Source: Candidatus Thorarchaeota archaeon (GTDB taxonomy: Archaea > Asgardarchaeota > Thorarchaeia > Thorarchaeales > Thorarchaeaceae). From it: 64,000 bases of DNA. The stretch spans positions 1 through 64,000 of the forward strand of contig PRDH01000076.1 in NCBI GenBank assembly GCA_003345545.1, in the 5' to 3' direction. Both the position numbers and the translations under genes were made by a program. This document shows, in pieces, positions 9,436-19,369 of the stretch (position 1 is the first letter of the stretch; each line of letters opens with the position of its first letter). The notes beneath the pieces were generated by a model. The model was given only the letters and a program-made list of their open reading frames with translations. It was not told where the DNA came from and made no database searches.

Positions 9436-10749
9436 TTATATGATCACACTCTCAATCTCCACTTTGCGGTCCTTGACACTCAGCATATTTGAAGGCACTT
9501 TCTTCCCGCCATAGAGCTCTGCTTCAGGCAGTCCACGGTAGAGAGCATCAGCTATCCTTGCGAGTGCATCAGATTTCATGATGCCTGAGCCTGAAGCACC
9601 GTTGATCACAAGCACACCGCATTCAGTATAGACAAAGGGAATCTTATCGGGTGAGTATGAGTATCCGCCAGCCCAACTATTCACCGGACGAGCCCCTTCG
9701 AAAGCTGGGAAGTATTTCGAGAGAACTGGGTATACACTATTCTCATAATATGCGCTCTCAGGGACCATCATCTCATCGGTCTGGAAATACTTGTATTCGC
9801 GACCAAGTTTGTCACCACAACCTATCCAGAAACCATGTTCCTGCAGCTGAGGTCTGAAGTAGACGCCAGTTGAGGGTACAATAGTAAATGGAATACATCC
9901 AATCTCATTGAAACCTTTTGTATTCAAAAGCGCTTTGAGCTTCGGGCTATCTTCTGCGTGAATTACGAAGAGCTGCCGTTTCTTTGCCTTTGTCATGCTA
10001 TCAATGCCAACAGGGTCAAGGAGTTCGTTTGCCCAAGCACCTGTAGCGAGAACAACAGTCTTGGCTCTGAATGTTCCCTTATCAGTGATAATGCCGGTAA
10101 TCTTCTTGTTCTGCCAGACGTATGGTTCTCCAGGTAGGTCTAATTTAGGATCGGCCTCAAGAAGCAGCCTTTGGACATAGACGCCAAAGCGAGGCTTCAC
10201 ATGTGTGATCTTCTTGAATTCCTCGAAGTAATGCTCCACAAGTCGTGTCGGGTCTAGAACACCACAATCCCCTCCGAAGAGGCCATAGTCAACCTGCTGG
10301 AGATTCATAAGTTGAGCCTCTTCATCACCGGTGAAGTCCACGTTGAGACCAGGAATCAGTTTCTTGAGCTCTTTCTTGCTATAGACCTTATAATGAATGC
10401 CTGACTTCTTCATGCGTTCCATCCATACCTGGACACTCTCATGTTTGAACTGAGATTCGCTCAAGAGCCAGAGATAGCCGGTCTTCTCAAAGAGAAGATC
10501 ATGACCAAGCTCACTCTGCACATATTCGAAGTATTTCATCGATGTATCAGTGAGTATTTGGTTGGTTGAAGAAGCAAACATGTTCCGGACGGCAGCAGCA
10601 CTCATTGCCGTATTACCTTGTCCCGGGGCAAGCGCCTTCTCGACCAGAAGGATATGCTTGTCAGGGCTGTTCTTCTGTATGTAGTAGGCGGTGGCAACTC
10701 CGAGCACACCAGCGCCAACAATAATGACATCAAAGGACTCTTCGCTCAC
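9436..10749 (-). CDS. FAD-dependent oxidoreductase, DAO/sarcosine oxidase beta-like
   Basis: VIIVGAGVLG Rossmann motif, VLATGAW, WAGxY..PD.IP, SGSGIM. Confidence 0.88.
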   Translation of the reverse strand: MSEESFDVIIVGAGVLGVATAYYIQKNSPDKHILLVEKALAPGQGNTAMSAAAVRNMFASSTNQILTDTSMKYFEYVQSELGHDLLFEKTGYLWLLSESQFKHESVQVWMERMKKSGIHYKVYSKKELKKLIPGLNVDFTGDEEAQLMNLQQVDYGLFGGDCGVLDPTRLVEHYFEEFKKITHVKPRFGVYVQRLLLEADPKLDLPGEPYVWQNKKITGIITDKGTFRAKTVVLATGAWANELLDPVGIDSMTKAKKRQLFVIHAEDSPKLKALLNTKGFNEIGCIPFTIVPSTGVYFRPQLQEHGFWIGCGDKLGREYKYFQTDEMMVPESAYYENSVYPVLSKYFPAFEGARPVNSWAGGYSYSPDKIPFVYTECGVLVINGASGSGIMKSDALARIADALYRGLPEAELYGGKKVPSNMLSVKDRKVEIESVII

Positions 10750-10869
10750 ATCAGAAGCCTCCGTGCTGCATCGCGGAGCAACTTAGTCCCTCTAAAACGT
10801 TTTTCTCTAGCTCACATCAGATAAACAGTTATGAGAGAGTGCCACATACTCGCATGAGAGGAATTCACA

Positions 10870-11850
10870 ATGCCCGGCTTGATAATAAGGATGAACAACG
10901 GTGACATGAAGTGGTTTCCACTTTTCTACTACGATGGAAAGTACAAGTTCTATGCTCCAAAGGGTGAGAAGACGGGAACTGATGTCGGACGTGATTGGCA
11001 GTTCAAGAAGTATCTTTCAGGATACTGGACGCCCGCCCAAATCCCATCATATCGCAGAAGAATAGGCGGAGGCTCTTCTCTCGTGGTTCTAGACGAGGAT
11101 GGTAATCTTAGATACTTCCCGTTCAAGAACCAGACTTTCATGTTCAGGGGGAGTGGTGATAAGGTCGGTAGGGGATTCCGCGACTCTCTAGACTACTACG
11201 TCGCAGAATGGACCGCGAATGGAACATCGGATCTCTTGGTCAGAGATGAGGACGGAGACCTAAGGCTGTATCCATGGAATGGTAAGGAGTTCAAAGACCT
11301 CGGCCAAGATGAGAAAGTGGGAAATGGCTTTGAGAAAGACGATGTACCTGACCTCTATCCAGGATATTGGACAGGTGGAACATCGCCAGACCTTCTCGTT
11401 CGAAAGAAGAACGGAGACCTCATCGTGTTTCCATTCAATGGCAAGTCCTTCTACGGACAGGATAAGATCAAGGTCGGAGATGGCTTCAAACCAAAGGACT
11501 ATCCACATCTTCTTGTGGGTCATTGGCTCGGAAACAGGACACCGGATATTCTTGCCTATCGCGACAAGAGGCTGTATCTGTATCCCTATGGCATGGTAGA
11601 TCCGAAGAAGAACCAGCTGGCATTCGCCGAGAAGCCACAGACGCAGACTGAGAAGGACTTCAGGGAGGACTGGAGATATCTTGTTGGCTATTGGAGAACA
11701 CCAGGTCGACCAGATCTCATCACAGTCAATGGTAGCAATGATCTGTGGTTCTATCCCTTTGAAGATGGCAAGCTATTGGACTTGAAGGATGATAAGCAGG
11801 CAGGGAACGACTGGAAAGCAACGCACTTCTTCGATTTCTATCCCATCTAA
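10870..11850 (+). CDS. FG-GAP/VCBS-like repeat beta-propeller protein
   Basis: ~50-aa repeats G[YH]W..G.PDLLVR..DG.L..[YF]P[FW].G....KVG.GF; no signal peptide. Confidence 0.7.
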   Translation: MPGLIIRMNNGDMKWFPLFYYDGKYKFYAPKGEKTGTDVGRDWQFKKYLSGYWTPAQIPSYRRRIGGGSSLVVLDEDGNLRYFPFKNQTFMFRGSGDKVGRGFRDSLDYYVAEWTANGTSDLLVRDEDGDLRLYPWNGKEFKDLGQDEKVGNGFEKDDVPDLYPGYWTGGTSPDLLVRKKNGDLIVFPFNGKSFYGQDKIKVGDGFKPKDYPHLLVGHWLGNRTPDILAYRDKRLYLYPYGMVDPKKNQLAFAEKPQTQTEKDFREDWRYLVGYWRTPGRPDLITVNGSNDLWFYPFEDGKLLDLKDDKQAGNDWKATHFFDFYPI

Positions 11851-11914
11851 CCCAGCACACCACAAGCGTCTTAAGGTGTCCGAAACCGAGACTCTGCCCG
11901 GAGAGGGCTGATGA

Positions 11915-12667
11915 TTGCCGGAAGGAAATGATGCTCAACATATGGAGCTGGTCGGAGCTGCAAGTGAAACCAAGAAGACATCTGTTGGGATAGTTCTGGT
12001 CGCATTGTACGCAGTCCTTGCATTGCTTCCTATGAGTGGCTTCATAGGAGCAGCAGGTTTTAGCAGCATTCTTAGTTTCGCTATCTGCGTGGCACCTCTC
12101 TTGGGAATCATTCTTGGACCCTGGAAAGGCTTTGGGTTTGGCGTCATTGCAGGAATCGCCGCCACTGTGGTGAGCTTGCCTATTGGGGGAGGTGTCTATC
12201 TCATCATCCCCACTACGATAATAGGTCCAGCTGTTGCAGCCCTGTTTACGGGCCTCTCTCTCAGGAGAACGACAGAGGTTGGCGGGTTCAGAATTCCAGG
12301 TCCGATTTTCACGGCAGTCTACCTCATCATCATCATCTGTCTCTACGAAATTCGTGTCTACAATGCTTGGTGGTTCATGCTGCCTTACGTGCTGGCATTG
12401 ATTGTGGCCTTGATTCTTCAAGTCAGGAAATTCGACTTCGACCCGAATCGAACCTATGTCCAGCTGATACCTTTGACGTTCATGGGTGCAATGATAGACC
12501 ATTCCATGATGGCGATGGGTTCGGTGTATCTGCTCGAAATACCCGCCGCCGTTTTTGGTTTTGGAATCTTTCCCGCAATGGTGATTGAGAGAACCATCGC
12601 TACTCTGGTCGGATCGCTACTTGGTTTCGTCGTTCTGAAACTCATTGGCAATGAGATAGAAACTTGA
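11915..12667 (+). CDS. ECF transporter S-component-like membrane protein
   Basis: ALYAVL..LP..., PLLGIILGPWKG pattern; 7-8 TMs. Confidence 0.65.
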   Translation: MPEGNDAQHMELVGAASETKKTSVGIVLVALYAVLALLPMSGFIGAAGFSSILSFAICVAPLLGIILGPWKGFGFGVIAGIAATVVSLPIGGGVYLIIPTTIIGPAVAALFTGLSLRRTTEVGGFRIPGPIFTAVYLIIIICLYEIRVYNAWWFMLPYVLALIVALILQVRKFDFDPNRTYVQLIPLTFMGAMIDHSMMAMGSVYLLEIPAAVFGFGIFPAMVIERTIATLVGSLLGFVVLKLIGNEIET

Positions 12668-12769
12668 ATCAACCAAGAGCGTTAATGATGATTTCCAAAG
12701 CCTTTTGCTGAAGGTCCAAGCGCATCGTAGCCAAACTGTCTGCGACTGTCGGACATAGAACCTGTTTGA

Positions 12770-13447
12770 TTATATGAGAACCGAAAGCAAACCCGGAGCT
12801 GCAAGAAGTACGAACCAGATCCCCAAGCCAATCTGAACCAAACCTATCACGACACACGCCCAATTGATATCGCCAATTCTCGCCTTCTTCGTAGCAACAT
12901 CAGTCCCAAAGGTCAGTACGGCTCCGTATATGAAATCAGTCGAAACATGCGTAACGTAGATCAAGATTCCAGCTAGAAAGACCGTACCAACACCAATCTG
13001 CAGGGATCCAACCAGGACTGTCACATTGGCAAGACCAACACCAAACCACCAGAGCAGAAAGTAAGGACTGAGGATGCTCACAGCGGCACCTTGTGCTGTA
13101 GCCTCAATAACAGAGGACGCTGTCATTGTTTTTGCTTCTTCAGAATGCTCATCTTCTCTGTATCGATATTCACGAAGAGCAAGTACCCCGAACAAGACGA
13201 TGACAACACCCCCAAATCCAATTAAAACGTCTATCAGTAGTGGCGATATTGTCAAGGCTTGGACACCCAGAATTATTGCCGCAATAATGCCAACTTCAAC
13301 AACGGCATGTCCAACCATGGGCAAGATACCATGTAGGCGTCCATGCTTGCTGCTTTGCATGATGACGGCTGCAGTAAGTGGACCAGGTGCAAGAGCACCA
13401 GTGAGCGATAGTACAAACCAAGCAGTCAGTATCTCAAAGACGCCCAT
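12770..13447 (-). CDS. LysE family translocator
   Basis: ALAPGP, GHAVVE, SILSPYFLLWW motifs. Confidence 0.85.
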   Translation of the reverse strand: MGVFEILTAWFVLSLTGALAPGPLTAAVIMQSSKHGRLHGILPMVGHAVVEVGIIAAIILGVQALTISPLLIDVLIGFGGVVIVLFGVLALREYRYREDEHSEEAKTMTASSVIEATAQGAAVSILSPYFLLWWFGVGLANVTVLVGSLQIGVGTVFLAGILIYVTHVSTDFIYGAVLTFGTDVATKKARIGDINWACVVIGLVQIGLGIWFVLLAAPGLLSVLI

Positions 13448-13614
13448 ATTCAGCCGCCGTGCCGATACTGGAAGATATCATAGAAAAGCATGGCGATTCG
13501 CACAGGTCCTAAGAGCGATGTAATATCTGTATTACAACTCCGTGCCGGAGAATGCCCAGAAATGCTTAATAGCGGTCCAAGAGGCCTTCGCTAAGAATAC
13601 GGAGCAGTGAGTCT

Positions 13615-14736
13615 GTGAAACAGGTACAGATAACGGTACCCTACGAGAAGACTGAAGCAGTCTATGATTTTCTTCTCGATGGCCTCAAGGTCAAGAATGT
13701 CATGAAGTTCAATGCTGATAACGCCATTGTCCTTCAGTTCAGAATCTCAGATGATTCAGTGACCCCAACTATGGAGGGTCTCAAGCACAAAGGTGTTGGA
13801 GTTGAGTATGGATTTGTCGACATTCTCGACTTGAAGGCATCTCTCCCAGGTGAAACGGAAGCAGAAGCGCCTTCTGAATCGAAGATGCAGCGTGAAGCAT
13901 CTCTTGCTGTCGAAGAGATATACGAGAATGTGAAGAAGCAGGCCTTGCTGAGCTTCGATTTCTTTGCGTTCATCATCTTGGCCTCGCTTATGGCTGGTCT
14001 AGGTCTGGTCCAAAATGACGTAACTGTGATAGTGGCTTCGATGCTCCTATCTCCGCTCATGGGGCCATTGATGGGCGTGGCCTTAGGGTATGTTGTCAAA
14101 GATAAAGCACTCTTTCTGAGAGGCACTAAGAATGAATTGATCGGTGTTGTGATTGCCATCTCAGTAGGCATCATAACAGCGCTGGTAATATCACTGCTAG
14201 TACCAAGCAAGCTGACAGACATAGTGGGAGATGTCGATAGCAGCACTCTAACAGAAATCACGCGTCGCGGGAGTTTCATTTCGCTTGACGTGGGGATTGC
14301 CATTTTCTCAGGCGCTGGTGTTGCACTCTCAATAACCCGAGGGAATATGTCTGCCCTAGTCGGTGCTGCCATATCAGTTTCCATCATGCCTCCTGCAGTC
14401 AATGCAGCAATGACATTAGTCTTCGGTATTATGAGAGGACACATTGGGCTCCTGAGCATCAGTGGAGGTTCATTCATGTTATTGGCAATGAACATCGTAA
14501 TGATAGATCTTTCAGCCATGTTCATATTTCGATTGAAGAAGGTATCAGCTATTGCGAAGCGGTCAGCAACTTGGACAGCTGTGACTCAGTTTCGAGTTCC
14601 TCGCTCAGAAACCCTGTATCATCATCCTTCTCCCGAGAAGAGCCTCCAGGAGGCTGCTGTTTCCACGCCTGCACCAGAAGGAGAAGAACCGAAGAAGAGA
14701 GCTGAAATAGCCCCTTCGGAAAAAGATACTACCTAG
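13615..14736 (+). CDS. DUF389/TIGR00341 family membrane protein
   Basis: GL..N...IVASMLLSPLMGP and LVGAAISVSIMPPAVN signatures. Confidence 0.85.
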   Translation: MKQVQITVPYEKTEAVYDFLLDGLKVKNVMKFNADNAIVLQFRISDDSVTPTMEGLKHKGVGVEYGFVDILDLKASLPGETEAEAPSESKMQREASLAVEEIYENVKKQALLSFDFFAFIILASLMAGLGLVQNDVTVIVASMLLSPLMGPLMGVALGYVVKDKALFLRGTKNELIGVVIAISVGIITALVISLLVPSKLTDIVGDVDSSTLTEITRRGSFISLDVGIAIFSGAGVALSITRGNMSALVGAAISVSIMPPAVNAAMTLVFGIMRGHIGLLSISGGSFMLLAMNIVMIDLSAMFIFRLKKVSAIAKRSATWTAVTQFRVPRSETLYHHPSPEKSLQEAAVSTPAPEGEEPKKRAEIAPSEKDTT

Positions 14737-14836
14737 TCATAGATTGCGTCCATGAAGTATTCTCCAGGTATCACAAGGCGATATAGGAGCAACCTCCGTT
14801 CCCTAACTCGCTTAACTCTCAGAAGGAGAATCACGA

Positions 14837-15178
14837 TTGGCCGAACATGAACAACTCAAGAACAAGCTCTTCAAGGGTTTGACTGAGCACGATATTCTCA
14901 CTTGGGAAGAAGAGAAGATGCGATATCAGCGGAAAATGGGTAGAAAGGTTACAGATGTCGAGTTCTTGAGATACCTACTCATGAGAGCCACCAGGCCAGT
15001 CATCAGTTCCAAGGACGGGGTTGCCACGGGCTTTCTGACAGGACAGGGCCCGATCTATGACAAGGGCGATACCCTACTGAACAAATATCGAAGTCGCCCT
15101 CTTGAAAGCGAAGCCACTCCCGCACTCACAGAGCGCTCGCAGAAACTGAGAATCCCGATTTCCAAAACGTCCCAGTGA
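14837..15178 (+). CDS. Hypothetical small basic protein
   Basis: AGGAG upstream of TTG; protein-like composition. Confidence 0.6.
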   Translation: MAEHEQLKNKLFKGLTEHDILTWEEEKMRYQRKMGRKVTDVEFLRYLLMRATRPVISSKDGVATGFLTGQGPIYDKGDTLLNKYRSRPLESEATPALTERSQKLRIPISKTSQ

Positions 15179-15204
15179 TAATCCTTAAATTCACTTATTC
15201 TAGT

Positions 15205-15235
15205 ATACCATATGGTATTATTATACCAATTGGTA
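15205..15235. promoter_or_regulatory. Tandem palindromic operator TACCAWWTGGTA x2
   Basis: ATACCATATGGTAT (15205-15218) and TACCAATTGGTA (15224-15235) upstream of ArsR-family gene. Confidence 0.6.
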
Positions 15236-15512
15236 CACTAGATAGAGTATGAATGATTCACTATCTCTGCGAAACAGGACTAGAATCAGGTCAAAGCTCG
15301 TACAAAGGAGATGACTGAATGCTAACAGACAAAGACAGTGATGCGGGTCCTTATCCGGACTGGCTATCTTCGTCCGGACTGGGATTCTGGGAACCGGATA
15401 AACTGTACATCGAATGGATTTCATTCCTTTACGCGATATGGGAGAAGGTAGACTACCTCTAGACTTGAAAATGAGTCCTGGAGCCATAGATCTAGAATGA
15501 AGGAAGTACATC

Positions 15513-16238
15513 ATGTCACAAGAAGGTCCAAATGAACTGGATAGAATGTTCAGGGCGCTGAGCAGCGATACAAGAAGGAGGATTCTTCGACTTCTTGCTC
15601 AAGGGCAGAGATATCCCTATGAGTTGAGCAAGACACTAGGTTTCACTCCGCGAGGGGTAATCAAACACCTAGAAGCTCTCCAAGAGGCAGGACTAGTGGA
15701 GAGGCAGGCAGGCGAGAGCGACCTTGGTCCAGATAGAGTGTACTATCGGTTAAATGCCAGATTCGGTCTATCAACGACGATTCTTCCTGATGCGTTTGTC
15801 GTTCGTCTCATTACGCGTTCATCTAGCGGGGCCATTGTTCCTAAGGAATTCGTCATTCCGGAAGCACGACAAGATGTTGCAGCGGTGCGCCGTCTTCTCA
15901 ATGAACTGGGAAAGGTAAACAAACGCCTAGCGGACCTTGACGATGAACGAATGCGCTTCGCATCTGTGAGAGGGCAAATCATCAAGCAAATCGAAGCAGT
16001 CATGAGTCAGTGTTCTTGGAGCGAAGAGAGCTGCCAAGAGGTAAGAGCACTTCTGGATCCCATACGACAGACAGCGACAACCATCGATGAAGATCAACCG
16101 GATGTATGGGCATCGACTGTAAGACAGGCTCTGACACTCTTTGAGAAGCTATTTGCATCGCCTGACGCGCGAACCTCATTAAGAGGGAAATCCAAGACCT
16201 CTGAAGAAGATGATGAGATTGTCTTGGATCCAGAGTAA
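15513..16238 (+). CDS. ArsR family transcriptional regulator with coiled-coil extension
   Basis: FRALSSDTRRRILRLL...YPYELSK...KHLEALQEAGLV...RVYYRL. Confidence 0.88.
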   Translation: MSQEGPNELDRMFRALSSDTRRRILRLLAQGQRYPYELSKTLGFTPRGVIKHLEALQEAGLVERQAGESDLGPDRVYYRLNARFGLSTTILPDAFVVRLITRSSSGAIVPKEFVIPEARQDVAAVRRLLNELGKVNKRLADLDDERMRFASVRGQIIKQIEAVMSQCSWSEESCQEVRALLDPIRQTATTIDEDQPDVWASTVRQALTLFEKLFASPDARTSLRGKSKTSEEDDEIVLDPE

Positions 16239-16305
16239 TTCTACCGAAGTAGTATGATCGGCAATTCGCACGTGTGTAGCTCCTATATTCTCCGCATGAT
16301 ACTTC

Positions 16306-16692
16306 TCATTCATCCATTCCTAGATGTCTTCTTATCGTAGCCACTAGCGCTTTTCCAGAGAAGGGCTTGATAATGTACTCGTCAGCTCCAGCAGCTCTGC
16401 CTTTCTCGATATCATTACTGGATCCTTTGGCAGTCAGCATGAGTATTGGGACGTTCTTGAATCCCTTGTTCTCCCTAAGCTTCTTGCAAACGGTGAATCC
16501 ATCCATTGTTGGCAACACGGCGTCAAGCAGAATCAGGTCAGGATTCTCACGTTGAGCCAAGGAAAGGGCAGTCTCTCCGTCTTCTGCAATAATAACAGAG
16601 AAGTTGTGCTTTTCAAGGATGACCTTTGCAAGCTCTGTGGTAAGGTGCTCGTCATCAACGACAAGTATTTTCTTTTTCTCAGAGCTGTTCAT
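16306..16692 (-). CDS. Stand-alone response regulator receiver
   Basis: ILVVDDE, PDLILLD, MLTA, YIIKPF. Confidence 0.93.
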   Translation of the reverse strand: MNSSEKKKILVVDDEHLTTELAKVILEKHNFSVIIAEDGETALSLAQRENPDLILLDAVLPTMDGFTVCKKLRENKGFKNVPILMLTAKGSSNDIEKGRAAGADEYIIKPFSGKALVATIRRHLGMDE

Positions 16693-16744
16693 AGACTGAG
16701 GCCTCTTGGTTGCGCAATGACTTGCGTATCTGAGGGCAAATAGA

Positions 16745-18328
16745 TTATCCTTCGAGCTTTGTCAAGAAATCGCGGAAGTGTGGACATAGGCTACCCATCC
16801 AGAAGAGATTCCCGAAACACTCTTTCCTAAGTCCCTGACGCTCCACCCGGCATACGAAGTTCTTCTCGCCATCATAGAAAATGCAGAGCTCACTTTCTGA
16901 GGCGGGATCTTCCAAGACCGCTCTGCGAACACTTCCCATCAATTGGGAATCGTCCGCAGCGAGCCATTCAGAACTCGGGCCAATAATCTGCTGAATCTTC
17001 CTGTGCAACCCAGTATCGGAAGTGTCATCCATAGACCATTTTGTGACTAGTAAGCTAACCTCCGCGTTAAACGCATAGAGCCTATGTGCTACTTCAACAG
17101 CCACGTCCCTCGCACGTTCGTAGTTATGCACTGCCGAATTCAGGTTCTGCGATAGGTAGTGAGCATCGCCGGCCTGCGAATACGTGATGGACAAGAGCTG
17201 CTTCATGCCAGCTCCTTCTGCCAATCTTATCGCATCCTCATAAAGACGAAGAGCTTCCTGCACATCGCCTCTCTGGAGTGCGACATCTCCAAGATTAACG
17301 GTTGCTATGGTAATCCCTCGCATATATTCGGCTTCTTGACTTATCTCAAGAGCCCGACGATTGTAGATTTCCATTTGGTCAATTTGATCAAGGGTCCTGT
17401 CAATCTCGCCCACGTTGATTAGAGTAGAGGCAAGCCCAACTTGGTTGTTCAGCTGCTGCTGGATAAGAAGAAGTTCTTCGAACTGATCTCTAGCATCCTG
17501 CAGCTCTCCCGTATTGGTATGAATCACTCCTCGGAGATTGCGTGCATCTGCAACACCTTTGACGTATCCCATCTTCTCATACTGGCGGAGTGATGTGTTT
17601 ACTAGAGCCATTGCACGGTCGTGTTCGAGCATTTCCTCCAGTGCGCGTGCTCTATAGTATCGTATATCATTCAATGCCAGTTGGTGGTCAAGAAGCTTCG
17701 CAGTATCATAAGCAGAATCAAGTCGGATTAGTGCTTCTTCGTAGGAATCAGAAAAACCAGAGATGAAAGCAAGAATAATCCTTGGTCTGAGGAGAGCTGC
17801 TTGTACCATACTGCGAATATCGTGGTTCTGGGAAGTCGCAAGAGTGACTCTCTCAATACTCTCCGATGCGGTTTCTCGAGCATGATCCGTGTAGCCCAAG
17901 TCCATGAGTACGGATGCCAACTCGCCGGAGAGCTCAGCAAAGACAACGTAATCCTTGGTCTGCCATGTTTGATTCATGATATTGCGCAGATTATTCAACC
18001 AACGAGGGTCTAGACTCTGTCTACAATACGCTGCCGCAGCATAGCCCTTGCAGCTGAGATTCTGGCTTTCACGGCCAAGTATTTGATTATACCCGTACTT
18101 CCCTCTTAAGAAACATGCTTTCCCGCACATGGCTAGGAAGGCAGGGCTCCTATTTCGCCATTCTCCGCCACCGACATATTCAATCAAGATATCGGTGAAG
18201 ACCAGGAAACGGTCCATGGTGCTTCGGCCGCATGCAGCAAGCCTATTCCCAATCTCCTCTATCTCAGACTTGTCCAGCTCTGATTCATACATCATGAATT
18301 CAGGAATGATTGGGCTATTAGACAACAC
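16745..18328 (-). CDS. TPR-repeat protein with C-terminal 4-Cys domain
   Basis: Repeated TPR helices (NLRGVIH..GELQDA, NVGEI, NLGDVA..G...EA..YE.A); C-terminal C...C...C...CPHF. Confidence 0.8.
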   Translation of the reverse strand: MLSNSPIIPEFMMYESELDKSEIEEIGNRLAACGRSTMDRFLVFTDILIEYVGGGEWRNRSPAFLAMCGKACFLRGKYGYNQILGRESQNLSCKGYAAAAYCRQSLDPRWLNNLRNIMNQTWQTKDYVVFAELSGELASVLMDLGYTDHARETASESIERVTLATSQNHDIRSMVQAALLRPRIILAFISGFSDSYEEALIRLDSAYDTAKLLDHQLALNDIRYYRARALEEMLEHDRAMALVNTSLRQYEKMGYVKGVADARNLRGVIHTNTGELQDARDQFEELLLIQQQLNNQVGLASTLINVGEIDRTLDQIDQMEIYNRRALEISQEAEYMRGITIATVNLGDVALQRGDVQEALRLYEDAIRLAEGAGMKQLLSITYSQAGDAHYLSQNLNSAVHNYERARDVAVEVAHRLYAFNAEVSLLVTKWSMDDTSDTGLHRKIQQIIGPSSEWLAADDSQLMGSVRRAVLEDPASESELCIFYDGEKNFVCRVERQGLRKECFGNLFWMGSLCPHFRDFLTKLEG

Positions 18329-18578
18329 GCATCAATCCATATCTCTGTTCAACGGAATACGGGGCCAGGTTCCCATGGCTTTCCCATTCTTTTCATTACA
18401 AAAGGATTCTAGTGGTTCTCTTCGCATACTCATAGTTCGCAAGTGATAAAGTTATCATGTGTGTTTCTTCTGTCTTGGAAGTATTCGTGAAGGATTGAGT
18501 CGACTGATACTATTCATTATGTGCTTATCCACTGTAGTGCTGTGGGGTGTTGAGAACTCCTAACTGGTGCCTACATTG

Positions 18579-18956
18579 CTAGACGACTGGTTTTACCTTC
18601 TTCACAATATCAGTCATATCGTACATACTGAAAGGTTTCTGAAGGAAGGCTCTTGCTCCTGCGGCAAGCACGGTCTCGCTCTGGCCCTCTATGAGATCAG
18701 AAATCACGACTATCGCGACAACAGGGTCTATATCTAGAAGGTTTTCAATCAGCCTGACAATATCCTGTTGGTCGATATTGAAGTCGATCAGTACCACTGA
18801 AGGGTTATTGCCCTGGCACAGAATGAGCAGACTCTCTGCATTCTCTGCTTCTCCGATCACATCAAGACCTGAGTCTTCGAGAGCCATCTTAAGAAGCACT
18901 CTCAGAAGCGGGACTTCCCCTGCAACAATTACTCCAGAATGGCCACTCTTTTTCAG
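18579..18956 (-). CDS. Atypical stand-alone receiver domain (CheY-like)
   Basis: VIGEAENA, VVLID, VVIS, GARAFLQKPF; beta1 strand GVIVAGE lies upstream of the ORF-track start, implying a CTG start at 18956. Confidence 0.8.
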   Translation of the reverse strand: MKKSGHSGVIVAGEVPLLRVLLKMALEDSGLDVIGEAENAESLLILCQGNNPSVVLIDFNIDQQDIVRLIENLLDIDPVVAIVVISDLIEGQSETVLAAGARAFLQKPFSMYDMTDIVKKVKPVV

Positions 18957-19006
18957 GACTCAGAACCCCCAATTGAAGACATCAAGGTCAATCTACGCTT
19001 CATCGG

Positions 19007-19369
19007 TTATTCAGATACGGCGCTTTCAACGAGGTCTAGCATGTGCCTGATCGTGACGGGTTTCAACCCAAAGCTCACTGCACCATTGCTCATTGCTTGC
19101 TCTCGTACATTCGCATCCGCACTGATGAATACAATCTTGGCTTTGCTCTCTACTGCAAGGATCTCCTTCATTGTCTGCATCCCATCTTTGTTTGGCATCC
19201 TGTGGTCTAGAATGATGACATCAGGCCTAGGACGAAGTGCAATGAATTTCTCCACGGCCTCTGCGCCATCATAGGCATCTGCGATGACCTCATGTCCTTT
19301 GATACTGAACACATCTTTGTACAACCGATGTAGTATGACTTCATCATCGACAATGAAGATCGTCGCCAT
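19007..19369 (-). CDS. Stand-alone response regulator receiver (CheY-like)
   Basis: IFIVDDE, PDVIILDHRMP, FISA, LKP. Confidence 0.93.
   Translation of the reverse strand: MATIFIVDDEVILHRLYKDVFSIKGHEVIADAYDGAEAVEKFIALRPRPDVIILDHRMPNKDGMQTMKEILAVESKAKIVFISADANVREQAMSNGAVSFGLKPVTIRHMLDLVESAVSE

Noticed and set aside
11726-14525. Long antisense ORFs (11726-12502, 13734-14525) and similar ones elsewhere
   Set aside because: They mirror hydrophobic membrane genes, where antisense stops are naturally rare; no motifs
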